From a virus, in IMG/VR virus record IMGVR_UViG_3300025502_000011: a stretch of 64,000 bases of DNA. One strand, 5' to 3'. Both the position numbers and the translations under genes were made by a program. The notes below the pieces were generated by a model, which worked only from the letters and a program-made list of their open reading frames with translations, searched no databases and was not told the DNA's origin. Shown piece by piece: positions 16,946 to 24,495 of this stretch (positions are counted from its first letter, which is position 1; every line of letters begins with the position of its first letter).

Positions 16946-16994
16946 TGGTGGCGGATTCAGGACTTTAACCTGAACTGGTGCTTATGCATCCGCC
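16946..16994 (-). ncRNA. Mini tRNA-like RNA, family A copy 3 (CCA encoded)
   Basis: GGCGGA-TGCATAAGCACCAG-TTCAGG TTAAAGT CCTGAA-TCCGCC-ACCA; its CCA abuts G1 of the next tRNA. Confidence 0.8.
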
Positions 16995-16998
16995 GTAG

Positions 16999-17045
16999 TG
17001 GTGCGGGGACAATCGAATGTCCCATGAGCCAAAAGCTCTCGCACC
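16999..17045 (-). ncRNA. Mini tRNA-like RNA, family B copy 3
   Basis: GGTGCG-AGAGC ttttg GCTCAT-GGGACA TTCGAT TGTCCC-CGCACC-A. Confidence 0.7.
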
Positions 17046-17066
17046 GTGATATGGAAACCTGCATCA

Positions 17067-17486
17067 TCATGCGGCTTCTTTACAATTACAACTCTTGAGA
17101 GTTGGTTGATTCGTAAATTCTTTGAAAGCAAGTGGTAGACTAGATAACCAACGGGCAGATTCTTTCCCTGGTTCTACGGTAATAGACGTGAACTGGTTGT
17201 CGAGGTCAGGCTCCTGGAAGGAACTGAAATTAATACCTTTTTGCGTGAGTTTGTCTCGGAGCTCGATGAGTTCTTGCTCGTCTTTGACTGATAAGAATCC
17301 TAAATATGGATTCGATAACCATTTTTCATAAATGGCTGTGTATTCTTGATTGAATACGTGGAATGAATGCATTCCTTGAGTTGCCTGCGCTCCAGGAGCG
17401 AGGTCTCGTCTTACGACGATGTAAAGCTTTAAGTTTTTCTTCTCTGTAGAAGGGTGTACTTACTGGTTGTCTAATGCTTTTTTCAT
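17067..17486 (-). CDS. Peptidyl-tRNA hydrolase II (PTH2)-like protein with an in-frame TAA at codon 9
   Basis: MKKALDNQ*VHPSTEKKNLKLYIVVRRDLAPGAQATQGMH...LSVKDEQEL...FQEPDLDNQFTSITV; ends TGA TGA. Confidence 0.8.
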
Positions 17487-17622
17487 GACTCTTATTTTTT
17501 GTTTGTTTCTGAACCTACTTCTTCAACTTCCGTGCCATCTGATATTAGATGTCATTTTGTCAGGCTGTAGAGTTGGCTCTCAATACAATCTACGACAAAG
17601 ATATAAAAAAGTTTCACTTATT

Positions 17623-17856
17623 TCAATCTTTTTTTGAAAATAAATCATCCGACAGCCCTGAGAAGTCCATTCCCTTTGTGTTTTCAGAGATTTCATCATT
17701 ACTCTCAAATTCTGTATTTATTGCAACTCCTCTTCTTTTTTTATACTCGGAACGGACTCTTTTCGTCAGTGTTGTCTGCTCCTAGTCCGCTAACAAGTAC
17801 CTGACAAAGGAAGCTGCAATACTGGCAGCAATGCGTCTTTGTTTTTTACCAATCAT
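17623..17856 (-). CDS. Possible small protein with an in-frame TAG at codon 25
   Basis: 24 codons, TAG (17782-17784), then 52 open codons to a TGA. Confidence 0.35.
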
Positions 17857-18139
17857 AATTGCTTACCCCGTGAAGGAGTAGGAAGAATAACAACCATCCA
17901 CCACCACTCTTATCTAGGGAGTATAGAGCGACTGCTCCTGCAATCAACCCCAAAGGAACTATGTTTTTCTTTAACACTTCCGCGAAAGATTTGTCGTTTT
18001 TCGCGCTTGCTTCTGCTTCATCTAGTGCCGCAGCGGTTTTTTTCCTCAAATCAACAACCGTAGTTGCCTCCGTTTTGAGATTTAATTCATTCAACGCTGA
18101 TTCCAGCTCTTTGAATTTAGGTCTATTCTTTGCGCTCAT
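17846..18139 (-). CDS. Small membrane-anchored protein
   Basis: Two hydrophobic C-terminal segments. Confidence 0.6.
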   Translation of the reverse strand: MSAKNRPKFKELESALNELNLKTEATTVVDLRKKTAAALDEAEASAKNDKSFAEVLKKNIVPLGLIAGAVALYSLDKSGGGWLLFFLLLHGVSNYDW

Positions 18140-18593
18140 TTGCTTTTTGTAGTAGGTGTAATGTTATGTCACTCCAGTTTGTAAATCTTTCATCGTGGCC
18201 ATAATGGATGTGTTCACCACCGTAATCTGGCTGACCGTGTTCGTTTCCATCATCAACAAGCGCTGCTCCAGAGAGTCTTCCTTTGTAGGATGTAATCGTA
18301 AGTTCTTTTAGAAATGATTCCCCAAAGTGTTTTTGGACCCACATTGCTTTTCCTGTCCAACAGGCATTGTTTCGAATTGAAGGAGCTGTCAGAAATTTAA
18401 TGTCGTAGTGGTCTTTAAGTTTTTCGTAAGCCTCCATAAATCCAAACATAGGGTCAAGATTAATCCAGAAATCCAAATGTGAATGTGGGAACTGTTCATC
18501 AGGATGTCTTTTTCGCCACTCTGATGTACCTTTCGCAAAATCAACTGCACAATGGTCCATGTCTATGTCTATGATTGGTCTTAAGTTTTTCAT
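18123..18593 (-). CDS. 5'(3')-deoxyribonucleotidase (HAD, NT5C-like)
   Basis: IDIDMD..AVDF, FLTAP, K..WV.KHFG, LVDD motifs. Confidence 0.85.
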   Translation of the reverse strand: MKNLRPIIDIDMDHCAVDFAKGTSEWRKRHPDEQFPHSHLDFWINLDPMFGFMEAYEKLKDHYDIKFLTAPSIRNNACWTGKAMWVQKHFGESFLKELTITSYKGRLSGAALVDDGNEHGQPDYGGEHIHYGHDERFTNWSDITLHLLQKANERKE

Positions 18594-18652
18594 ATAATTT
18601 TATTCACATTGCCAGGGTTTGAGCTCCTGGTAGATAGCGTTTGTTGGTAATT

Positions 18653-18775
18653 TTACTCTTCCTTCAAGGCTTCGTCTATTCTTTTTATTAATCTTTCAGC
18701 CTCATTGCCTCCATCATCCCAAGGCTGTATGAAGTTTGCACAATCAATTAATAATTGTTTAATTTTATTGGTCAT
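18653..18775 (-). CDS. Small hypothetical protein (possible readthrough to TGA at 18590)
   Basis: 40-codon ORF; the frame stays open for 20 more codons to a TGA overlapping the next ATG. Confidence 0.45.
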   Translation of the reverse strand: MTNKIKQLLIDCANFIQPWDDGGNEAERLIKRIDEALKEE

Positions 18776-18781
18776 GCAGCG

Positions 18782-18991
18782 TTAGGTATCGATTCTCATT
18801 TTAGATAAAGACCTTGTTAAGTCTAAAGACGCTCTTTTTAAGGCTCCAGAAGTTTTGTCTCCTCTAATCCAGGAATGTTTGGGGTTTTTTTCAAAAAGGT
18901 GTTTATTTGAATCACTTTTTTTGAATTCTTTCAATCTTTTTAGAAATCTTTCTATTTCCGATTCAACTTCTTTTATATTTTCTATTCTCAT
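18782..18991 (-). CDS. Hypothetical protein
   Basis: 69-aa ORF. Confidence 0.6.
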   Translation of the reverse strand: MRIENIKEVESEIERFLKRLKEFKKSDSNKHLFEKNPKHSWIRGDKTSGALKRASLDLTRSLSKMRIDT

Positions 18992-19045
18992 AATGAGGAA
19001 AAGTTTTTAGCTGATTGCAGCTTTAAAATAAATGCTAAGATACAG

Positions 19046-19267
19046 TTAAGATTTTGTTTTTTCGTCACAGTCTGAGTGGTACTGTTGCTCGTCTTTCGGA
19101 GAAGTTTCTATTTGATATCTTAATAGTTTTTCCGCAACTGTTTTTAGATATTCAATTTCTTCTTCTCCCATTGCACAGCTTGCTTTCGTTTCTTGTAAGT
19201 GAGATTTAAGTCGTCTTGCAAATGTTTTGTCGTTTATTATTCTGTTTTCTTTAATTGGATTTTCCAT
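19046..19267 (-). CDS. Hypothetical protein
   Basis: 73-aa ORF downstream of a promoter motif. Confidence 0.6.
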   Translation of the reverse strand: MENPIKENRIINDKTFARRLKSHLQETKASCAMGEEEIEYLKTVAEKLLRYQIETSPKDEQQYHSDCDEKTKS

Positions 19268-19278
19268 TTTGATTTTTA

Positions 19279-19307
19279 TATATACGGTAATATATAAAAA
19301 AAGTTAC
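19279..19307 (-). promoter_or_regulatory. Bipartite phage promoter motif
   Basis: GTAAC-N16-CGTATATA. Confidence 0.7.
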
Positions 19308-19367
19308 ATAAATCAATAGTTTGGAAACCACTATTTCTTTACAGGCTATTTATTAAAAACGAAATAC

Positions 19368-19637
19368 ATGAAAGCTTTTAAACAATTCTGGCGAGACCTT
19401 TTTACAAAAGATTTCTGGGACTTCACACTCTTGAGCAAGTCTAAAAAATGGAGACTTGTTCTTGTTACAGCACTTGTGACTTATGCCATTTTCTCATGCA
19501 TTAAAGATTTTCCAAGTGTTGGTTGGAAAATAGGCGGCTCAGCAATAGCTGTTGGTTGGTGGTTTTTAAATGCTGCTCAGCTATACAGCACATATTACAA
19601 GGTTACATACAAGCTTAAAACGCAAGATAAAAAATGA
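19368..19637 (+). CDS. Two-TM membrane protein
   Basis: Two hydrophobic helices; CTATTTATT motif upstream. Confidence 0.65.
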   Translation: MKAFKQFWRDLFTKDFWDFTLLSKSKKWRLVLVTALVTYAIFSCIKDFPSVGWKIGGSAIAVGWWFLNAAQLYSTYYKVTYKLKTQDKK

Positions 19638-20086
19638 GCAGAATCCTAAAGGACATGCTTACTGAGACCAGTAAAGGGCGGACAAAGTACAGCCAGGGTC
19701 GTATCTACTTGTTCGTTTCCTTTGGTGTTTTTTTTCTCTTGAATGTCATTTTAGCATTTTGTGCTATTACGAATTATACTCTAGAGGATAAAGACACACT
19801 TCTTGTGGTGTCTGAGAACTTGAGATGGGCTTTAGGTACGTTTGGACTCTATGTTCTTGGCGGTAAAGGCATTGGTGCTTTTAGGGATAAACAAACTGGA
19901 ATATCAAATGACTACCAGCACGAAGCTCAATACCCTAGCGGAGGTTATTATCCGCCATATGGAGGCCACTCGCACCCTGGGGGAGGGAAGCCGACCTTTG
20001 ATGATGCTGACACATATCACGATGATTATTCAGACTCTCCTAATGAGGACGAGTATTATGCGCAGGACGATGAAGAGGTGGATTAA
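19634..20086 (+). CDS. Membrane protein (holin-like topology) with an acidic tail
   Basis: KYSQGRIYL followed by two TM segments. Confidence 0.55.
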   Translation: MSRILKDMLTETSKGRTKYSQGRIYLFVSFGVFFLLNVILAFCAITNYTLEDKDTLLVVSENLRWALGTFGLYVLGGKGIGAFRDKQTGISNDYQHEAQYPSGGYYPPYGGHSHPGGGKPTFDDADTYHDDYSDSPNEDEYYAQDDEEVD

Positions 20087-20430
20087 ATTTTTCTACTAAG
20101 CGTTTTTTCCCAATCCGACTGGGCTTTTTTACGCTCCACTAAGAAGTTGGCGCTAACTTCTTTTTCTTTACATTCAGTTAAAAAAGCATCCTCTATTGAA
20201 AGGTCAAACCTAAACCATTCTCTCCAATGATGATTGGCGGTTTTTGAAATATGCATCAACTGCTCAACCTCTTTGTAATTACAAGTGCTATAGTAGTTTA
20301 TTAGATGAAGTTGGGTTGGGTTTCCAGTTTGAAGTTCTCCTAGCCTGGCTTTAGGGTGGTTAGATGTGTGTCCTATTTTATATAGGTCCGTATCTCCTTG
20401 TCGCACTAGATAAACATATCCTTTTCTCAT
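20083..20430 (-). CDS. GIY-YIG family protein (T5 orf172/MUG113-like)
   Basis: GYVYLV...LYKIGHT..P..RL.ELQTGNP...EWF. Confidence 0.85.
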   Translation of the reverse strand: MRKGYVYLVRQGDTDLYKIGHTSNHPKARLGELQTGNPTQLHLINYYSTCNYKEVEQLMHISKTANHHWREWFRFDLSIEDAFLTECKEKEVSANFLVERKKAQSDWEKTLSRKI

Positions 20431-20463
20431 AAAGAAGAATACTCTACATCGATGTAAAAGTAA

Positions 20464-20499
20464 AGAAAACCCTGCCAAAATTAATCGACAGGGTTTTCT
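20464..20499 (-). terminator. Intrinsic terminator-like hairpin
   Basis: AGAAAACCCTG...CAGGGTTTTCT. Confidence 0.6.
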
Positions 20500-20601
20500 A
20501 AAAGCTTTTAATCCTTGTGTGACCTAAGTGATTGGCATCCACCCGTAGGTGAACCGATGTGTTTTTCGGGGATACACGTTTGCCACAAGTACTATTATCC
20601 C

Positions 20602-22122
20602 TTATTCCTTAGTTGCAAGCTCAGCAAAATCAACATAATTGTTGATAGTGTTGATAAGCGCTCTTTTGTCGACTTCTAGATTGTCAATGACATCAAAAAT
20701 CTTTTCAGAGAATCCTCTTAGCGCGAATACGTTCTTCTCTGGGAACTGCATGCTTCCGCTTGCAGCCAAGTTGAACTCGTAAACTTTACAGTCCTGAGCA
20801 CCGTACTTCTTCTTGTACGCTGCAAACTGAGTTTTTGGAGTATTGTACTCCATCCACGCTTGCATGTCCGAGAAGATGAATACACGGTCGTATTTCGCCT
20901 TCATCTTAACGAAGATGTCTTGGAAGTTCGTTCCGTGACCAACCCTGTACTTGCCAACGTTGCCGTAGCCTTGGTTTGTATCAACAATCCAGTTTGCCAT
21001 ACCCATTACTGAGTCATTCACGTTAACTGGAAGGTACATTGCGTGTGTTCCAAACGACATTACATCAGCATCACTAGCCTTGGCCATCATGGCTCCAAAT
21101 AGAGCTGCCACTTTATTCCTGTAAGTTTTACCTCCAGCAATTGGGCAATCCATAGAACCTGACAGGTCAATTACGACTGCAGTGTTTCCATCAAACTTTG
21201 GAATGTTAGAACAAGCTAGGTCTACGGCGGTGTTAAGCGCTCTTTGAACTTTCTTAGACTTTGTTCCAGTCAACACTGTAATCTCGTCGAGTGCAGTGAT
21301 GTATCTGAATGGAAGAATCAGTGACTTCTTAATTCTTGCCTCTGTAGTCAACAGCTCGCATGCCTTGTTAAGAACCTCGTCAGAAGCATCTTGGATGATG
21401 TTTCTAAGGTTTCTTAGAAGAGCAAACTGTCCAATCTTACCTGACATAACCAAGTCAGACCAAGCCTCAGCTTTGTTTGCGGCTTTCTCCTCAGAGGTCT
21501 TCGCTCCCTGGCCAGCTGCGGACAGCTTAGACTCGAAAGTGTTTTCACTCTTTAGGGTTCCAGCAACAAGCTCGGCAAGTGCCTTCTCGTTTCTAGCCGT
21601 TCCTTTTGGACGAACCAAGTTTACAACGTCAACAAGCGATACTTCATTCTTGTCTCCTCTGTACTTGGCAAGCTGGTATGCATCGAACTTTCCGAAAGCT
21701 TTCTTGAAACCTTTCTTTAGCGCGTTTGGCAAAGATGCTTTCTTACCCTCTCTACCGAAGTAGTAGGACATAATCTCAGTCATGTCGTCTGGACGACGTA
21801 CAATAGCTGCGTAAAACTCTTTAGCCCAGGCCTTACCTGAGGCGTGCTTAGCGATTTCACCCGCAAGTACGTGGGTGATAGAACGCATTCCAAACTCGTT
21901 ACGGGCATAGACAGCCGCCTTTGCTGCGAACTCTGGGTCCACTTTGCTAAGAACGGATGTCAACTCCTTTATTTGGTCTCCTGCCTTCGAATAGAAGTCA
22001 TCAGACACAAACGAGTTCAACAGAATCGTCACAAGCTCTAACTCTGGAGTCGACTTATAAGCCTCTCCTCCCGCTTTGTTGGTAGTCATTTCTACCTTTG
22101 ATTTTTCGTTAAATTTTGACAT
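20602..22122 (-). CDS. Ro60/TROVE-domain RNA-binding protein
   Basis: TTNKAGGEAY, FAAKAAVYAR.EFGMRS, FDAYQLAKY, FALLRNLRNI, LPFRY..A and vWA IDLSGSM motifs; likely start MSKFNEK. Confidence 0.93.
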   Translation of the reverse strand: MSKFNEKSKVEMTTNKAGGEAYKSTPELELVTILLNSFVSDDFYSKAGDQIKELTSVLSKVDPEFAAKAAVYARNEFGMRSITHVLAGEIAKHASGKAWAKEFYAAIVRRPDDMTEIMSYYFGREGKKASLPNALKKGFKKAFGKFDAYQLAKYRGDKNEVSLVDVVNLVRPKGTARNEKALAELVAGTLKSENTFESKLSAAGQGAKTSEEKAANKAEAWSDLVMSGKIGQFALLRNLRNIIQDASDEVLNKACELLTTEARIKKSLILPFRYITALDEITVLTGTKSKKVQRALNTAVDLACSNIPKFDGNTAVVIDLSGSMDCPIAGGKTYRNKVAALFGAMMAKASDADVMSFGTHAMYLPVNVNDSVMGMANWIVDTNQGYGNVGKYRVGHGTNFQDIFVKMKAKYDRVFIFSDMQAWMEYNTPKTQFAAYKKKYGAQDCKVYEFNLAASGSMQFPEKNVFALRGFSEKIFDVIDNLEVDKRALINTINNYVDFAELATKE

Positions 22123-22226
22123 CTCGTCGTTGTTTATAATTGTTGTTATTCTATTAATTCTTTGTTTTTGGCGCATAAAAAAAAAGCACCACATCTTTGC
22201 AGAGGGTGCTTTTTCGAAAAATATAA

Positions 22227-22306
22227 TGCCTTGGTCGGGTAATCCTGGAGAGAGTGGTTTTTCTATTTGTAGTTGAAGTAACTCATCTCCTTAACACCGT
22301 AAGGCA
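22227..22306 (-). ncRNA. Candidate Ro-associated (Y-like) RNA 1
   Basis: Ends pair (TGCCTT/AAGGCA; GGAGA/TCTCC) around GAGTTACTTCAACT. Confidence 0.55.
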
Positions 22307-22317
22307 AATAACTGTTC

Positions 22318-22571
22318 GAGGTAAAATAGAGGGGGGTGATAAGGTTGAAAGTTCTTTCTCTTTCGGTCATACGGTCTACCGTAATCGTGATTGTACTGTT
22401 CCAATCCGTCACCAGCTCATTAATGGCTGAAAATCCAAGTCTATCCTTGGTGTCTGGGTTTCTGTTTATGGTCTTTTCGAAACGGTCTTTCGACTATTCC
22501 AAAAAAGCCTGTTTGCTTGTTTGTTTATAGTTGAAGTAACCCCTAGGAAACGTCAAAAACGTTCACACCTC
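22318..22571 (-). ncRNA. Candidate Ro-associated (Y-like) RNA 2 with a multi-hairpin insert
   Basis: GAGGTGTGAA/TTTTACCTC closing stem, GGGTTACTTCAACT motif, at least five short internal hairpins. Confidence 0.5.
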
Positions 22572-22583
22572 TCAACACTCTGA

Positions 22584-22663
22584 AAGTCGTAAACTCTTGG
22601 TATATTTTGGAAAAAAATTGTTAAATGTGGAAATGAAGTAACTCTCTTTACCATTCTTACCTT
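22584..22663 (-). ncRNA. Candidate Ro-associated (Y-like) RNA 3
   Basis: GAGTTACTTCA motif; TGGTA/TACCA pairing. Confidence 0.45.
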
Positions 22664-22919
22664 AAGTTGTATTTCAATATGGCAATCGGAACCGTTGTTC
22701 CTACCAGTGAAATTAAATAGGGACAAATTTTAGAAACTCGTCTCTCGTTCAATCGCTCTGCAAATATAATTATGTTTTTGGAAACCACAAGCATAATTGC
22801 AAAAAAAATATACTTTTCTTATAACTATCTGACTATTAGGGTTAAAAGATTACAGCGGTGGAATAATTTATGAGTCTTTAGATATTATCGTTATAGATTC
22901 ATATTTATAGAAAAGAAAA

Positions 22920-23195
22920 GTGATGAGCGAGAAGCAAGAACAACCAGATAGCGCACCTGATGCGCCACAAACTCCGCAGACTACGGAATTTCAAATAGAA
23001 GAATCGGGAGAAGTAAGCATGCTTGAAATGGCTTGCCTTATCAACAGTATTTTAGATTATTATACAGACGAGTCTGAAATTGATGGCGATGATTGGAAAA
23101 AGAAGACAGGCGTTGTCAAGGGGTTTGTTCCAGAAAGCGTTGATAAAGAAGTTGAAAAAGCTTTTGTGGCTCAGTTGAGAAAGTTTCAAGACTGA
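22920..23195 (+). CDS. Hypothetical acidic protein
   Basis: 91-aa ORF; ATATTTATA motif upstream. Confidence 0.6.
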   Translation: MMSEKQEQPDSAPDAPQTPQTTEFQIEESGEVSMLEMACLINSILDYYTDESEIDGDDWKKKTGVVKGFVPESVDKEVEKAFVAQLRKFQD

Positions 23196-23198
23196 TGT

Positions 23199-24059
23199 AT
23201 GTTCGAAGATACTAATCTACACTTGTTTTTAGCAGCAACTGTCCCAGCGTTAAGTTATTTGGGTTTTATCTACTTTTTTGGTCGAAAACTAATCAACTGG
23301 AAATCATCTATCATATATCTCCTTTTCGGATTTGTGTCCATTTTTTTTGTAGAAATGATTCAGTTTATTTTCCCACATATTCAAGACTTAATGTTCGTGA
23401 ATAAAGATTTGGTGGAGATTGATTTTAATACAATGCAAGTAAACTACTCTCCTACCGTGTGGAGTTGGGTGTGTTTAGCTTTCATTCAAATTGCTTTGCT
23501 AGAAGAAATTATTAAGGGGGCAGCTTTTAAACTTACTTCACTGCCTAGACGTCACAAGCTACGGAAAGAGAAGGACTCTTTGTTCGCAATCATGTTTTAT
23601 AGTTGTTGCGTGGCTGTGGGGTTTGCAATTTTTGAAAATGTTACCTATGCCATGAGATTCCTTCCTGCTCAAGGAGATGTTGCTACTCAATATTTAATGT
23701 CTCAACGTAGTATTTTTTCAGTCACCTCACACATGATAGCAGGATTAATTATGGGCTATGGTTTTGCTGTAGGTAGCATTAAGTCTGGGTTTAGGAAGAT
23801 TCTCTATCCCTTAATTGGTTTTTTTGGAGGAATGATGTATCACGGGACTTTTGACTACTTACTAATAACTGCCGATAGCCACGAGTCGTTTGAACTGTTT
23901 AAAGGATACTTTATCCATCTGCCAACAACAATGTTGATGGTTATGAGTCTGGTGTTTACATTTCTATTGGGGTCGCATCTTCGCTCTTACTCGTTGCGGT
24001 ATAATAGAGTTCATCGAAAACGAAAACTATCAACTCTAAAAATGAAAAGCTCTGATTAA
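23199..24059 (+). CDS. prsW: PrsW-family intramembrane metalloprotease
   Basis: Multi-TM protein with EE.IK, GFA.FEN..Y, H and HG.FD motifs. Confidence 0.85.
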   Translation: MFEDTNLHLFLAATVPALSYLGFIYFFGRKLINWKSSIIYLLFGFVSIFFVEMIQFIFPHIQDLMFVNKDLVEIDFNTMQVNYSPTVWSWVCLAFIQIALLEEIIKGAAFKLTSLPRRHKLRKEKDSLFAIMFYSCCVAVGFAIFENVTYAMRFLPAQGDVATQYLMSQRSIFSVTSHMIAGLIMGYGFAVGSIKSGFRKILYPLIGFFGGMMYHGTFDYLLITADSHESFELFKGYFIHLPTTMLMVMSLVFTFLLGSHLRSYSLRYNRVHRKRKLSTLKMKSSD

Positions 24060-24495
24060 GGTCTGAAAGAATAATGACACCGTCGTGGTTCTTTATAGAA
24101 AAGCGCGTGTTTATATCTAAGGTTAAGTCTCGAAACATCTTTCTAGGCTCTTCTCCTTCTTTGAGGGTGAAGTCTGCAAAAAAAGGATTTATTACTTCAT
24201 TTTCGTGAGATACAACTATTTCTCTCCTGACTGTGATATTAGAAACATCTTGAAAAAAAGACATATCCATAGCGGAGTAAACGGTGTTCACCACATAGTA
24301 ATCCTCGCAAGTATAATTTTCAATAAAGTCCTTTATGTGAAACATTAAGTTCATTATCTCCGCTACAGTCACTCCTGGGTCGATAAATGTTTTCTCTGAT
24401 AGATTTGCCAGTAAAAAGCTGGGTAGCTCATCGCCACCCAGCTTTACTGTCTGCCCGTCAAACTCTAGTACGTTATTCGGCTTTATTTTTAGCAT
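23956..24495 (-). CDS. Hypothetical protein
   Basis: 179-aa ORF. Confidence 0.65.
   Translation of the reverse strand: MLKIKPNNVLEFDGQTVKLGGDELPSFLLANLSEKTFIDPGVTVAEIMNLMFHIKDFIENYTCEDYYVVNTVYSAMDMSFFQDVSNITVRREIVVSHENEVINPFFADFTLKEGEEPRKMFRDLTLDINTRFSIKNHDGVIILSDLNQSFSFLELIVFVFDELYYTATSKSEDATPIEM

Noticed and set aside
14000-17060. Theta (minimal HDV-like) ribozymes in tRNA trailers
   Set aside because: No P1/P3-L3(UUCC)/catalytic-C pattern was recognised after any tRNA; the intervening elements are minihelices instead.
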